From Chamaesiphon sp. (GTDB lineage Bacteria > Cyanobacteriota > Cyanobacteriia > Cyanobacteriales > Chamaesiphonaceae): a stretch of 64,000 nucleotides of DNA. Made by a program: the position numbers and the translations under genes. Each line of letters begins with the position of its first letter. Within the stretch, counting starts at the first letter, position 1. Shown here one piece after another: positions 19,759 through 31,431 of this stretch. The stretch covers positions 1 to 64,000 of the forward strand of contig CBDFFH010000053.1 of NCBI GenBank assembly GCA_965246715.1, in the 5' to 3' direction. The notes below the pieces were generated by a model. That model worked only from the letters and a program-made list of their open reading frames with translations, did no database searches and was not told the origin of the DNA.

Positions 19759-21330
19759 CTAATCGAGATCCTTCCCAGCACCATATTTCCACGCTTGGAA
19801 CCACTGCTGATAATAATACTTTTGTTGGGGTGGCAGTTGCTCTACCAAAGGTAAGAATAATCGGCTCAGGGGATAGATACTGCTATATGCCCCAAGATTG
19901 AGATAATTTATCAGCCAATCTAGTAAGGTTGCTACTCCGACATGTGGCAGGACGGGAATTACTGCTTGCGGACTGGTAATTGAAGTTTGAAATAGGGTTC
20001 GGGAAAGCGCCGGAAATCGAACGATATCTTGCAGAAAAGGACGTAAAACATCATCGCCTAAATCTTGCATCGATCGAAAAACTGCCGCGAGCAGATTATT
20101 AATCCGATCTGGATCGAGTTTTTGGTTTATACCCACACTCATCGCACGTTGAAACATCCAAGTAACGGCAATATTTGGTTGATAAGGTTGTAATAATTGC
20201 AGGTCGTTTGCACTCAACGCATCGGCACTAATTGCCAATTCGATCCCATCCGTCAGTCGCGATAAATGGCGCATCATCGCACCAAATCCACCGAAGCTGA
20301 CTGGCGACTGACTACCACTACTGTCTCCAATTAATAATACTCGCGCCCAATTAGTTTTGAGTGGGCTGTCGCGATAAGCGGGGAAGCAACCAAATAGACA
20401 GCGCAAGAAATTTAGCTGCGCTAATTCCGTCTGTTGATAGGTAGGTAACAATCGCAAATATTCCTCGAATAAAAACTCCAGGCTAAATCTGTCGGGATGA
20501 GCGTCTAGATAAGTAAATAGATAAGTCGTGCGTCCATCGCGCGCAGGAAATGCTTCCCAAAAATACTGACATTGATGTTGAATCGGGGTAATCGATGCAA
20601 AAATATCGCCCGTATCATTCCGATTCTCATTCTGAGAGGCTTCGCCAACGAATCCCGTCGCACAACTGCCCACTACCAGACAAATCCCCGCTGGTTTGAC
20701 TCCAGCGCGTGCCTGAGCAGCTAATGGCGAAAAATGTCCCATTGCATCGATAAATAATTTACTGGTTAATCGTCCAGCGCCAGCATCGATCTCCACACCA
20801 TTCGGGTGAATCGTCACGCGATCGCAAGGTGTAAACTCGAATAATTTCCCGCCCCGTTCTAGAAACTTGGCTTTGAGCGTCGCCAATAAATACACCGGAT
20901 CTACCCCAATATTTAAAACATCGCGCACCCAAATATCGGGAGTATTGGGAAAAGCAATGCGCGTGGGGTTATATTCAGTTGCGATCGCCGTAGCTAATTC
21001 TGTCTCAGAGAGCAATTCTAGCTCCATGAGTACGTTTAATTCCGCGCGGGAGATATTCCATTCCTGTACCCGTCCTTTTAGCTCGCCGCGCTCGATCACC
21101 GCTACCTGTAATCCCCGCCGTTGCAACGCCGCTGCGAGAATAATGCCTAGCGTACCACCGGCGATCGCGATCTCGACATCGATGGTTTTTAAAAATTCAT
21201 CGCTTGTAACGACCATTTCTCGTTGTAGAATTTGCCCCGATCGCAAATTTTGCCACATTTTATCGGCGTGATCGAGATTGGTGAAAGTATCAGCAGGAAA
21301 TTTGACAGCAATGTCAGCAGCGATCGGCAT
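19759..21330 (-). CDS. cruP: FAD-dependent oxidoreductase, lycopene cyclase paralog CruP
   Basis: GGTLG, QEWNISR, DAMGHFSP, QSPVSFGGFG, PYQPNIAVTWMFQ. Confidence 0.8.
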   Translation of the reverse strand: MPIAADIAVKFPADTFTNLDHADKMWQNLRSGQILQREMVVTSDEFLKTIDVEIAIAGGTLGIILAAALQRRGLQVAVIERGELKGRVQEWNISRAELNVLMELELLSETELATAIATEYNPTRIAFPNTPDIWVRDVLNIGVDPVYLLATLKAKFLERGGKLFEFTPCDRVTIHPNGVEIDAGAGRLTSKLFIDAMGHFSPLAAQARAGVKPAGICLVVGSCATGFVGEASQNENRNDTGDIFASITPIQHQCQYFWEAFPARDGRTTYLFTYLDAHPDRFSLEFLFEEYLRLLPTYQQTELAQLNFLRCLFGCFPAYRDSPLKTNWARVLLIGDSSGSQSPVSFGGFGAMMRHLSRLTDGIELAISADALSANDLQLLQPYQPNIAVTWMFQRAMSVGINQKLDPDRINNLLAAVFRSMQDLGDDVLRPFLQDIVRFPALSRTLFQTSITSPQAVIPVLPHVGVATLLDWLINYLNLGAYSSIYPLSRLFLPLVEQLPPQQKYYYQQWFQAWKYGAGKDLD

Positions 21331-21460
21331 AAAATTAAAACAGCTAGACAGCACATATTTCAAGTTTAGAATCTTTCGCCGATGAGTTGGGAGCTTGAAA
21401 AAGAGCGTTAAGCTCCAAAACTCTTTCCCTAATCCCTAATCCCTAATCTCCTAAATCAAC

Positions 21461-21874
21461 ATGGACAGTCAATCCCAAAATCGATTGCTGGTTAAAATCT
21501 TAATCGGTGTAGCTTGGCTCGATGGGCAAATCCAGCCAGAAGAAAGGAGATTTCTCGCTAGAGTTCTTCAGGCGCATCAGTTCGATGGAGATGCCGAGAT
21601 GCAATCACTGTTGGATGGGAAAATCGCATTAGCTGCAACAGACTGCGAAAACTGGATTCAAGCGTATTTAGGGGATCGATCGATCTATGATGACGATCGA
21701 CTGATTGAGGGGATTAGCGCTCTGATCTACATCGATGGAGATGTCGCTACCGCCGAAGCTAAATTATTAAGCGATATTCAATCAACTCCAACTCCAGTGC
21801 CACCAAGCGAACAGATATTAGTGACTAAACTCCGTCAACTATATCAAGGCTGGGTCAAAAAACTTGGTTCGTAA
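21461..21874 (+). CDS. TerB-like protein
   Basis: KILIGVAWLDGQIQPEER, DGDVATAEAKLL. Confidence 0.75.
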   Translation: MDSQSQNRLLVKILIGVAWLDGQIQPEERRFLARVLQAHQFDGDAEMQSLLDGKIALAATDCENWIQAYLGDRSIYDDDRLIEGISALIYIDGDVATAEAKLLSDIQSTPTPVPPSEQILVTKLRQLYQGWVKKLGS

Positions 21875-21894
21875 TTTATAATTTATAATTTATA

Positions 21895-22953
21895 TTGATG
21901 ACTCGTTCTATCTCCAATCGCCAGGTCGCATCCCAGTTCCAGGGACTGCTTGCTAACGAAACTTTTCTGTATATTTTCAAGCGATCGATTCAAGCGATTC
22001 TGACTTTATTTCTAGCTTCAATTCTTTGTTTTGCCATTATTCAGTTATCACCGGGTAATTTCCTAAATACGCTCAGAGAAAATCCGAAGATTACACCCGA
22101 GCGCATTGAGGAGCTAAAGAAATTATTTGGCTTGAGTGATAACAAAGACTTTGGTACCTTATCAAATCAGTATTTTAAGTGGCTATTACAGGCAATTCAG
22201 GGAAACCTAGGATTGAGTATGCTGTACTTTCAACCAGTCAGTCTATTGATCGGTCAACGGATTAGAGCGACTTTAGAACTAGCAATTGCATCGATTATTT
22301 TGACTTGGGCGATTGCGATTCCTTTAGGAATTATTGGCGCAGTAAATCAAAACAAGTTTGTCGATAAATTCCTCCGCGTATTGAGCTATGCCGCTCAAGG
22401 CTTTCCGAGCTTCGTAACATCATTATCTTTATTAATCGTCGCCCAAATTTGTTCGCCATTGCTACCTGTCGGCGGTAGAACTAGCATCAATCATGACGAG
22501 CTATCGGGTATCGGCCAATTATTCGATATCTTGTGGCATATGATTTTACCCACGATTGCGCTGACGATTACTGGCTTTGCCGGATTGCAACGGATTACGC
22601 GGGGGGAATTATTAGATGTTTTGAGACAAGATTATATTCAAACTGCTAGAGCTAAAGGCTTACCAGAAAATCGCGTGATTTATGTTCATGCGCTTCGAAA
22701 TGCGATCAACCCTTTGGTCACTCTGTTAGGATTTGAATTTGCAAGTTTATTAAGCGGTGCGTTTATTGCGGAGTTTTTCTTTAATTGGCCGGGTTTGGGT
22801 AAGTTAATTTTAGCTGGAGTTACAGCAAAGGATCTGTACCTGGTCATGGGTAGTTTGATGATTGGGGCAATTATGTTAATCGTCGGTAATTTATTTGCAG
22901 ATCTACTACTAAAATTTGTCGATCCACGGATTAAATTAGCAGATTTGAAGTAG
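21895..22953 (+). CDS. Peptide/nickel ABC transporter permease (DppB/OppB-like)
   Basis: DYIQTARAKGL EAA loop, FNWPGLG, DPRI C-terminus. Confidence 0.92.
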   Translation: MMTRSISNRQVASQFQGLLANETFLYIFKRSIQAILTLFLASILCFAIIQLSPGNFLNTLRENPKITPERIEELKKLFGLSDNKDFGTLSNQYFKWLLQAIQGNLGLSMLYFQPVSLLIGQRIRATLELAIASIILTWAIAIPLGIIGAVNQNKFVDKFLRVLSYAAQGFPSFVTSLSLLIVAQICSPLLPVGGRTSINHDELSGIGQLFDILWHMILPTIALTITGFAGLQRITRGELLDVLRQDYIQTARAKGLPENRVIYVHALRNAINPLVTLLGFEFASLLSGAFIAEFFFNWPGLGKLILAGVTAKDLYLVMGSLMIGAIMLIVGNLFADLLLKFVDPRIKLADLK

Positions 22954-22979
22954 TTAGGATGAAATAGTAACTCAATAGC

Positions 22980-23459
22980 TTGTTTGTGGAGATAGATTTT
23001 CAGTTACATCAACAATGGATGACACGATCGATCGAGTTAGCTACCACTGCGGGTAATGCTGGCGAAGTTCCGGTTGGGGCGATAATTATTAACTCGATGG
23101 GTGAGTTAATAAGTACGGGTGAAAATCGCCGCGAACGCGATCGAGATCCGACAGCTCATGCTGAAATTGTGGCGATTCGATCGGCTGGTGAATATTTAGA
23201 CAGTTGGCATCTCTCGAATTGTACTTTATATGTCACGCTCGAACCCTGCCCGATGTGTGCGGGGGCGATCGTGGCTGCGCGGTTAAAATTATTAGTTTAT
23301 GGAGCTGATGATGCCAAGACTGGTAGTATTCGCACGGTGTTAAATATTCCCGATAGTGCAGCTTCCAATCACAAATTAACCGTTATCGGTGGCATTCTCG
23401 AATCAACTTGTCGCCAGCAATTGCAGAATTGGTTTCGGCAGAAAAGAGTACACCGCTAG
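22980..23459 (+). CDS. tadA: tRNA adenosine(34) deaminase
   Basis: GEVPVGA, DPTAHAE, TLEPCPMC. Confidence 0.92.
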   Translation: MFVEIDFQLHQQWMTRSIELATTAGNAGEVPVGAIIINSMGELISTGENRRERDRDPTAHAEIVAIRSAGEYLDSWHLSNCTLYVTLEPCPMCAGAIVAARLKLLVYGADDAKTGSIRTVLNIPDSAASNHKLTVIGGILESTCRQQLQNWFRQKRVHR

Positions 23460-23562
23460 CCAGATTTAAAACTATTTACCGTGAGTTAGGAAGTTAGGAA
23501 TTAGGATTTCCGGTCGAAGAACTCAACCCACAGATTGACCCACAATGCGCAGCTAATGCGAA

Positions 23563-23740
23563 GCGCGCCACGCTACCCACTAACCAACCTTTGTGCAGAT
23601 TCTGCCCCCCATGCCCCCCATCGTGGGGGGCAACGCGCGCCACGCTACCCACTAACCAACCTTTGTGCAGGGGAGTTTGAGGGGCGGCACTCCGCTCCTC
23701 AACGGGGGGTCTGGGGGTCGGTACCCCCAGATTCGGGTTT
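23563..23740. repeat. Composite repeat: two identical 36-bp direct repeats plus GC-rich hairpins
   Basis: gcgcgccacgctacccactaaccaacctttgtgcag at 23563-23598 and 23635-23670, followed by hairpins ttgaggggcgg/ccgctcctcaa and tctgggggt/acccccaga. Confidence 0.85.
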
Positions 23741-23858
23741 TTGCCTCTCACAATAAAATTTGCAATTCTGACCGATCGATTCCGATCCTAAACTGACGTT
23801 AATCTAAATTGCGACCTAGGTAGTCGATCTACCCAATTCGCAACTGCTCATCCAGTAA

Positions 23859-25736
23859 TTATTGGCTGGGATGAAAATACTCATAGATTTTGCCAGCTAC
23901 ATGAGTGCCAATCCCTGGTGCTTTGGCTAATTCTTCCACGCTGGCGGCGCGGATATACTCCAGTGAGTGAAAGTGAGCCAATAGTTGTTTTTGGCGATGG
24001 CTACCCAATCCTGGCACTTCATCTAAATACGAGCGTTTTTGTTTCTCGCTGCGTTGTTGGCGGTGGAAAGTAATCGCAAAGCGGTGAGACTCGTCGCGCA
24101 CACGGCGGAGTAGTTGCACACCAGCTTGCTCGGCTTCGGTGGGAATCGGCAAACTTTCGCCAGGGAGAAATATTTCTTCCCGTTGTTTGGCGAGGCTGAC
24201 GATACACATCTTATCGGCTAAATTGAGGTCTTCAAATACCTTCATCACCGCAGATAATTGTCCCTTGCCACCGTCAATCATTACTACATCAGGAAAGTCC
24301 GCATCGTCGGTATTGACACCGCCTGCATACTTGCGAAATCTCCGTCTCGCAATTTCGGCATGACTAGCATAATCATCGGAATGACCGATCGTGATGTCGG
24401 GATTCTTAATTTTATAATGACGATAATGCTGTTTTGCTGGCAAGCCATCGATAAATACTACCTGCGAAGCGACAGCATTCGAGCCTTGAATGTGGGAGAT
24501 ATCATATCCCTCAATTCGGCGCGGGAGTTCGGGTAAGTCGAGAATTTCCGCAAGATCTTGCAATGCCGAAACATTACGTTCTACTTGACGTTGGCGACGG
24601 GATAACTCGTGAATGGCATTTTTTTCAACCATCTCGATTAGCTCCGCTTTAACTTGCCGCTGGGGGTTGACGATCGTTACTTTACGACCTTTGCGATCGC
24701 TCAAATAACTCGCTAACATTTCGCTATCTGGTAACTCATATTGCACTAAAATTTCGGGCGGAATTTCTACTGGATCCGCGTATTGATAGTGCTCTTCTAA
24801 AACTCGTTGAAGGATCGCGCCTTTGTCGGTATCTCCAGCTAAAGATTGTGCCTCAGCGGTAAAACCCAATCGACCGATCAGTTTACCAGCACGGATTTGG
24901 AACAATTGCACGCAAGCAGTTTTGTCATCTGCGGCTAGCGCGATCGCATCGCGAGAGACGGTATCATTCGGGAGCGATACTTTTTGCTCGGCATTGAGTG
25001 CGGTGAGATTATTAATGCGATCGCGGATCAGTCCTGCTTGCTCGAAGTCTAAATTCTCAGCAGCTTTTTGCATTTGAGCATTCAATGTTTCTAGCAGTTC
25101 GCCAGTTCTACCTTGGAAAATCATTGCTACTTTCTCGACTGTTTGGCGATATTCAATGGGAGCAATTAAGTTTTGACATACGCCAGGACAGCGACCGAGA
25201 TCGTAATTCAAACAGGGACGATCTTTAAATAATGGTTTGGGTCTTTGTCTGAGGGGAAATGTCCGCTTGATGGTATACAGTACATTTCGGAGCAGATGGG
25301 CATCGGTATAAGGGCCATAATATTTGTCTTTTCCTTTTCCGATTCGCCGATTGCGCGTCATCAGAATACGCGGATAATCTTCCGACCAAGTAATCAGAAT
25401 ATACGGATATTTCTTGTCGTCTTTGAGGAGAACATTGAAATACGGCTGATGTTGTTTGATCAGATTAGCTTCTAAGGCTAAGGCTTCGGCTTCGCTATCG
25501 GTGACGATAAATTCGATTTCGGCGACTTGACGCACCATCATCGCGATTCGTGGCGAATGACCGTTAGCTTCCCGGAAATAGGATCGAACGCGGGAACGGA
25601 GTTTTTTGGATTTTCCGATATAGAGGATGCGATCGGCACTGTCCCGCATGAAGTAAACTCCAGGCTCGGGAGGGATTTCCTTGAGGCGGTTTTCGAGCTG
25701 TTCGGGATGATTGAGTAAGGTGATGCTTTGCTCCAT
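23859..25736 (-). CDS. uvrC: Excinuclease ABC subunit C
   Basis: GIY-YIG domain (PGVY, YIGKSK), [15 protein letters not shown], HhH C-terminus. Confidence 0.98.
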   Translation of the reverse strand: MEQSITLLNHPEQLENRLKEIPPEPGVYFMRDSADRILYIGKSKKLRSRVRSYFREANGHSPRIAMMVRQVAEIEFIVTDSEAEALALEANLIKQHQPYFNVLLKDDKKYPYILITWSEDYPRILMTRNRRIGKGKDKYYGPYTDAHLLRNVLYTIKRTFPLRQRPKPLFKDRPCLNYDLGRCPGVCQNLIAPIEYRQTVEKVAMIFQGRTGELLETLNAQMQKAAENLDFEQAGLIRDRINNLTALNAEQKVSLPNDTVSRDAIALAADDKTACVQLFQIRAGKLIGRLGFTAEAQSLAGDTDKGAILQRVLEEHYQYADPVEIPPEILVQYELPDSEMLASYLSDRKGRKVTIVNPQRQVKAELIEMVEKNAIHELSRRQRQVERNVSALQDLAEILDLPELPRRIEGYDISHIQGSNAVASQVVFIDGLPAKQHYRHYKIKNPDITIGHSDDYASHAEIARRRFRKYAGGVNTDDADFPDVVMIDGGKGQLSAVMKVFEDLNLADKMCIVSLAKQREEIFLPGESLPIPTEAEQAGVQLLRRVRDESHRFAITFHRQQRSEKQKRSYLDEVPGLGSHRQKQLLAHFHSLEYIRAASVEELAKAPGIGTHVAGKIYEYFHPSQ

Positions 25737-26035
25737 CGGGCTAGATTCTGGGTGGTGATGCTAACACGGTGACTCAACTCAATCCGTCTCTGCACTAACG
25801 TTACTGAGTTAAGCTCGAACCGAGATTGGTAGAGATCTACTAGTAGATATTTATATTATTGATGATCGGCTTTGTCCCTGCACGAAAAATTGATGTTAAT
25901 TCCCGCATTCAGGTAGCGTAATTACTCGATCTGGCCTGACGATCGCTAGTTACAGTTCGTTCTTTGCCGCGAGCCTCACAACATCCTCAAATTCTTCAGA
26001 TATGCTAACAAGATAGCATTCACTAAAACCCGAAG

Positions 26036-26251
26036 ATGAAAAATACAATCGGTAGGGAGTTTCTACATTTTTTACAAACAGACCTCGCTATTCCAGATAC
26101 AGAGATACAACTGGCATTGCGACAGATCGAGCAAACGCCAAATGTGTTGCCGATGATTTTGTGGCAGTATGGATCGATCACTTTAAGCCAGTTAGACCAA
26201 ATTTTTGAATGGTTGCTAGGTAAAGGGTCGAGCGATCGCGCGCATTTGTGA
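26036..26251 (+). CDS. DUF2949-family small protein
   Basis: LPMILWQYG..TLSQLDQIFEWL. Confidence 0.85.
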   Translation: MKNTIGREFLHFLQTDLAIPDTEIQLALRQIEQTPNVLPMILWQYGSITLSQLDQIFEWLLGKGSSDRAHL

Positions 26252-26470
26252 GTTTTGCCGACCGATAACTCAATCCTGAAGCTGCTAGCCGATCGATGAA
26301 TATTTGATATGTTTAATTCTGACAAAACCTGAAGTGTTGGCAAGTAGCTTTTGATGCTTATTAAATATAATCATCTTCTCGGAACTATTGCTTGTCCTCG
26401 AAGAATTGCTACACAAATTACCAACCTGTAAAATAGATTTAAGGCTTCAGCTCGATCGCCCTTCTAACTC

Positions 26471-26989
26471 TTAATATTGATTCAACTGAGTTACTAAATG
26501 GATGAGTTCGGGGAGGATTAACTTCTCCACTCCCAGTCGCACGGCACCGCTAGATCCAGGCAGGGAAAAGACCAGCAACTGTTTGTAGGTGCCAGCAATC
26601 GCGCGAGTAGCGATCGCGCGCGAACCGATATCCTCATAGCTCAGGAAGCGGAAAATTTCACCAAATCCAGGCAAAGTCTTGGTTAAAGCACTCGCGATCG
26701 CATCGTAAGTCGTATCGCGGGGAGAAATTCCGGTACCCCCATTAAATATTAGTGCTTGCAGGGGTGGCTGGAGATCGGCTGCAGTATCTAGCTCAGCTCG
26801 AATCTGCGTCGGTTCGTCGGGAATAATTCGGTACATCCCGATCGTATGTCCGGCATGTTGCAGCAATTGTTGGATCGTCGCACCGCTAGTATCTGTAGTG
26901 GGGGTGCGCGTATCGCTGACAGTTATGACCGCGCAATTAACGCCAATCTGGGCGAGATCTGGATGGGGTTGAGACACACGATCGGACAT
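26471..26989 (-). CDS. moaB: Molybdenum cofactor biosynthesis protein MoaB/MogA
   Basis: ITVSDTR, DTSG, GGTGISPRD, LPGFGE, SLPGS. Confidence 0.9.
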   Translation of the reverse strand: MSDRVSQPHPDLAQIGVNCAVITVSDTRTPTTDTSGATIQQLLQHAGHTIGMYRIIPDEPTQIRAELDTAADLQPPLQALIFNGGTGISPRDTTYDAIASALTKTLPGFGEIFRFLSYEDIGSRAIATRAIAGTYKQLLVFSLPGSSGAVRLGVEKLILPELIHLVTQLNQY

Positions 26990-27128
26990 CAGCCAATCCT
27001 CACTTAACTTCGATCTTGAATGATTCGATCGGATGACTAGTGGTTAGTTACTAGCTACCAGTCACTGTCTTGATGCGCTAAACCGTCGGGGAACCCGACG
27101 AGCGCGCATCGCTAACCACTAAAATCGG

Positions 27129-27467
27129 CTATTCAGCTTTCTTAAAGCCTAAATTGTTTATTTCAGAATAACGCTCCATAAATCGCATGAATCGATCCCA
27201 TTCTGCGGTGGAATTCATGATGTAAATCGCTTCGAGAGCTTCTGGTCTGCCATTGACAAACTTTGCTTTGACTTCACGGGTAACGATCTCGCCTTCTTCA
27301 TCGATCATATACAACCCCGTGATATCTCCGGTAGCCTCACCGCCGAGAATATCAGGCTTTTCAAAATAAAATGATGCTTTACCCTGTTGTCCGGTTTTAG
27401 ATTTGGTTAGCCGAACGTCAGGTACTACTGATTCAGGGATTCCTTTAGAAAACTGGATTTCTGCCAT
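27129..27467 (-). CDS. psb28: Photosystem II assembly protein Psb28
   Basis: [25 protein letters not shown]. Confidence 0.97.
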   Translation of the reverse strand: MAEIQFSKGIPESVVPDVRLTKSKTGQQGKASFYFEKPDILGGEATGDITGLYMIDEEGEIVTREVKAKFVNGRPEALEAIYIMNSTAEWDRFMRFMERYSEINNLGFKKAE

Positions 27468-27512
27468 GGACGAAGTTGGTTAATGTTATCTTAATATACT
27501 AGTCGATCGGGA

Positions 27513-28691
27513 GTGTTGAAGTTGACTGATTTGAATCCTTATGATTGGATCGATCTGGCATTGGCAACGATCGATAAAGCAAATTGGTATCGCTCGCCGC
27601 AGGTAATCGCTAGTTTGCCAGGGACTCATGCAGTTATCGCTGGGCAAACTTTACTCAACTTTGGCAGTAACGATTATCTCGGGTTGGCAGGTGACGATCG
27701 ATCGATCGCAGCAGCAATTGCGGCGACTCGACAATTTGGGACTGGAGCGACAGGTTCGCGGTTGACCAGCGGACACAAGCAGCTCCACCGCGACTTGGAG
27801 GTCGCGATCGCGGCCTTAAAAGGCACTGAAGATGCGTTAGTCTTCAGTTCGGGGTACTTAGCTAATTTAGGGACGATTGCCGCGCTAGTGGGCAAAAAAG
27901 ACCTGATTCTGAGCGATCGATCGAATCATTCCAGTCTCAAAAATGGTGCGTTACTTAGCGGTGCGACAGTTATGGAATACGCGCATTGCGATGTTACCGA
28001 TCTCGAGTACCAGTTACAGCGACATCGCGCCGATAATCGGCGCTGTCTGATGATTACCGATACAATTTTTAGTATGGACGGCGATATCTGCCCGCTCCCA
28101 GAGATCCTCAAGCTGGCGCAGGAATATCGATCGATGTTATTGGTGGATGAAGCTCACGCCACCGGAATTTTTGGGAAGACAGGTGCTGGGGTGGTCGAGC
28201 ATTATGAGTTGACTGGTGCAGCTTTAATTGCGATGGGTACACTTAGTAAAGCCATCGGCAGTCTGGGTGGCTATGTAGCAGGGAGTGCCAAGACGATCGA
28301 TTTCCTCCGCAATCGTTGTGCTAGTTGGATTTACACCACGGGTTTGTCTCCGGCAGACACAGCAGCGGCATTGAAGGCGATCGAAATTATTGCTACCGAG
28401 CCACAACGACGCGATCGTCTGTGGCAAAATGTCAATTTGTTACAGTGGCTCTGCGCCGAACGGTTGCCAGATCTGCGGCTAATTCCCTCCCGATCTCCAA
28501 TTATCTGTATCGAATTACCCGACGCTCGTACCGCAGTGTTAATGGGGGAAAAACTCAAACAAGCGGGTATTTTTGCGCCAGCAATTCGGCCGCCGACCGT
28601 GCCTACCAGTAGGATTAGATTATCGCTCATGGCGACACATCAACCAGCACACTTAGAACGATTAGTGAGTGCGTTGGTGGTGGCACTCTAA
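27513..28691 (+). CDS. bioF: 8-amino-7-oxononanoate synthase
   Basis: [31 protein letters not shown]. Confidence 0.93.
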   Translation: MLKLTDLNPYDWIDLALATIDKANWYRSPQVIASLPGTHAVIAGQTLLNFGSNDYLGLAGDDRSIAAAIAATRQFGTGATGSRLTSGHKQLHRDLEVAIAALKGTEDALVFSSGYLANLGTIAALVGKKDLILSDRSNHSSLKNGALLSGATVMEYAHCDVTDLEYQLQRHRADNRRCLMITDTIFSMDGDICPLPEILKLAQEYRSMLLVDEAHATGIFGKTGAGVVEHYELTGAALIAMGTLSKAIGSLGGYVAGSAKTIDFLRNRCASWIYTTGLSPADTAAALKAIEIIATEPQRRDRLWQNVNLLQWLCAERLPDLRLIPSRSPIICIELPDARTAVLMGEKLKQAGIFAPAIRPPTVPTSRIRLSLMATHQPAHLERLVSALVVAL

Positions 28692-28868
28692 TCGAGAATT
28701 GCTAAATGTCGAGCACCCATCCACTGCGATCGATTGGCTAAAATAAGAATGAGCGAACATGGATAAATATTGCAATTACAGTCATTCAATCTGATGGCTG
28801 CTTGACAAAGTAGTCAAAAAAAAACCACAATAGACCGCACGTAAATAACAGTTTTAGGATCGTTAGTT

Positions 28869-30773
28869 TTGGCAAAACCAAACTCCCGCTTTGATTTTGA
28901 ACAGGCAAACCAAGTCACCAAGCAATTGGTGAACCAGATGCCCAAATGGTTGCGGCTGTCATTCATCCGAAGTTGGGTGTTCTGGGCCATTATTACCCTC
29001 GGTATTTCTGGTGGGCTAGTGTATCTATCGTTGGGATTATTATTAAATCCTAAAGCAGTACCAAATTGCCCCGAAATATTCGTACCGATGTCCTCTGCCT
29101 CGCTGCGAGTTTATTGTGGACAGTTAGCTGCTAGCAAGCAAACGTTAAAGGATTTGGGCACCGCAATCGATCTCGTCAAAGATATTGCCCCCAACGATCC
29201 AACGCGCGGTTATGTCGATAGCAACGTCCAACGTTGGTCGCTGGCAATTTTGCGATTGGCTGAGGCTAGCTACCAAGAAGGTAACTATAACGAAGCGGTC
29301 AATGCTGCCAAAAAGGTACCGAATAATATTCCAGCAGCTAAAATCGTTGCCAAACGCTTGGGGCAATGGCAAGAAACCTGGGCAAAAGGTGTTGCTCTCG
29401 ACAAAGAAACTAGAGCGTTATTACATAGCTCAAAATGGGTGAATGCGTATTCTGTCGCTGTGAAATTAACCCGTTTAAACAATCACTATTGGGCGACAAC
29501 CAAATATCAAGAATTAGCAGATTTAGTCCAAATCGCCAAAGCGGACAGTGCTAAATTGGATGAAGCACGTCAGTTAGTCAAAAATACGGAGATCCCACCG
29601 CTACTCAAAGCGATCGAGATTGCCAAGAAAATCGATCCGAATAGTTTTGCTCAGACCGAAGCGCAAACGATTATCGGCACAGCCGCTAAAAAGATGTTCG
29701 ACTTGGCACTAGCTAAATTCGATAAAAATGACTGGAAAGGTGCGCTCGAAATTGCTAATAAAACCCCGGAAACCGCTGAAATTAAAGTCCAATTGCAAGA
29801 TCTCGTCAACCTATCCCAAGCCCGCTCTCATGCCATTGGTGGCACTATTTCCGAGCTAGAGACGGCGATCTCGCTGATCCAGAGTATCAAGCCCGAGAGT
29901 AAGATCTATCAGCGATCGCAACAATACATCGGGAATTGGCAACTAGAAATCCAAGATCTCGCCGCGCTCCAACGTGCTCGCAGCGTCGCGACAACCGGGA
30001 ATGTCAAAGATCTCCAAACGGCCATCGCCGAAGCCCAGCGTATCCCTGCGTCCAATCCACGCGGCAAAGAAGCTGCCCAAGTCGCTACCGAATGGCGCAA
30101 ACAAATCGAGACAGTTCAAGATACACCATATCTGACTGCTGCCGATAAGCTAGCCGCAGGTAACACGATCGCTGGACTGCAAAATGCGATCGGTCAACTC
30201 AACCAAATCAAGTCAGGGCGAGCGCTCTATGCCCAAGCACAACAAAAAATTCAAAAATGGACGAACGAGATCCAAACAGCCGAAGATGGCCCGATTTTAG
30301 CGCAAGCTGAAAGTTTGGCAAATAGTGGCGATCTCGTGGCGGCGGTAAATATGGCGCAACGGATCGGTGCGGGACGAGCATTGTCCGCTAAAGCTAGGGA
30401 AGAATCCCGCGATTGGCAAGCCCAGCTCCAAGCTGCGGCTAACTTAGCAGCCGCTCAAAAATTGGCAGCTAGTGGCACCCCCGAATCGCTCTTAGGCGCG
30501 ATTCAAGCCGCCGCGCGCGTCCCAAGAAGTTCGTCCTTGCGTGCCGATGCGAGATCGGCAATGGATGGTTGGAGCGCTCAAATGCTAGAAATCGCCCAAA
30601 GTGTCGCTAGCAGCGACTTACGCCGCGCGATCGCGATCGCCAAAGCTATTCCCGATAGTACGTCTGCATACAGTTCCGCCCAAAGCGCGCTCCAACAGTG
30701 GGAGCAGCAACTCAATCCCAGTCCGTCGCCGAGTCCGTCGCCGTCAGAAAATGATAATGGACTACCGCGTTAA
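28869..30773 (+). CDS. Conserved cyanobacterial membrane-anchored helical-repeat protein
   Basis: N-terminal TM helix, PNCP...RVYC motif, repeated 'AI..A..I' helical units, PS-repeat tail. Confidence 0.75.
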   Translation: MAKPNSRFDFEQANQVTKQLVNQMPKWLRLSFIRSWVFWAIITLGISGGLVYLSLGLLLNPKAVPNCPEIFVPMSSASLRVYCGQLAASKQTLKDLGTAIDLVKDIAPNDPTRGYVDSNVQRWSLAILRLAEASYQEGNYNEAVNAAKKVPNNIPAAKIVAKRLGQWQETWAKGVALDKETRALLHSSKWVNAYSVAVKLTRLNNHYWATTKYQELADLVQIAKADSAKLDEARQLVKNTEIPPLLKAIEIAKKIDPNSFAQTEAQTIIGTAAKKMFDLALAKFDKNDWKGALEIANKTPETAEIKVQLQDLVNLSQARSHAIGGTISELETAISLIQSIKPESKIYQRSQQYIGNWQLEIQDLAALQRARSVATTGNVKDLQTAIAEAQRIPASNPRGKEAAQVATEWRKQIETVQDTPYLTAADKLAAGNTIAGLQNAIGQLNQIKSGRALYAQAQQKIQKWTNEIQTAEDGPILAQAESLANSGDLVAAVNMAQRIGAGRALSAKAREESRDWQAQLQAAANLAAAQKLAASGTPESLLGAIQAAARVPRSSSLRADARSAMDGWSAQMLEIAQSVASSDLRRAIAIAKAIPDSTSAYSSAQSALQQWEQQLNPSPSPSPSPSENDNGLPR

Positions 30774-30855
30774 CGATCGAATTTCGATCGAGTATATCTA
30801 CAAGAGCGGAATTTTTGGTTAGGATCGCAAGTAATAGTTTCGAGAGACTCGATCG

Positions 30856-31431
30856 ATGACGCTGGCAACAAAGTTAACCTTGGCTGAATATCTAAGCTAT
30901 GACGATAGCTCGGATAATTGCTACGAATTGGAAAATGGGGAATTGCTACTAATGCCGTTTGAGAGCGAACTGAATCGGCGAATTGCAGTGTTTTTGCTAA
31001 TTTATTTCAGCCAGCAGGAAATTCCGGTGTCTCAGTTGACGATGAAGACGGAATTAGCGGTCAGTGGTGCTAGTGTATCGGTGCGGGTACCAGATTTGAT
31101 GGTTTTATCGGCGGAGTTGGCGACAATTTTGGATGAAGCCACTAGATCGATTATCTTATTTGAGATGCCACCACCACGATTGGTAGTAGAGGTGGTGTCG
31201 CCAGGACAGAAAAATATCGATCGAGATTATCGTTACAAGCGATCTGAGTATGCAGCGCGCGGAATTGCAGAATATTGGGTAGTCGATCCATTACAACAGG
31301 TAGTAACAATTTTCCAGTTGGTAAATGGTTTATATGAGCTGGAAGAGTTTCGTGGGAAGGATTGTTTGCGATCGGGTTTGTTTGCTGGATTGAGTTTAAC
31401 GGCAAAACAGGTTTTATCAGCGGGAGCATGA
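30856..31431 (+). CDS. Uma2-family endonuclease
   Basis: YELENGEL, RVPDL, LVVEVVSP, KRSEYAARGIAEYWVVDP. Confidence 0.92.
   Translation: MTLATKLTLAEYLSYDDSSDNCYELENGELLLMPFESELNRRIAVFLLIYFSQQEIPVSQLTMKTELAVSGASVSVRVPDLMVLSAELATILDEATRSIILFEMPPPRLVVEVVSPGQKNIDRDYRYKRSEYAARGIAEYWVVDPLQQVVTIFQLVNGLYELEEFRGKDCLRSGLFAGLSLTAKQVLSAGA

Noticed and set aside
23563..23670. Bona fide CRISPR array
   Set aside because: Only two repeats, a non-palindromic repeat, a spacer that is a low-complexity hairpin, and no cas genes or leader; kept as a repeat finding
23494..23756. ORFs 23494-23751 (-) and 23535-23756 (+)
   Set aside because: They are translations of the repeat and hairpin element, with no protein-like features
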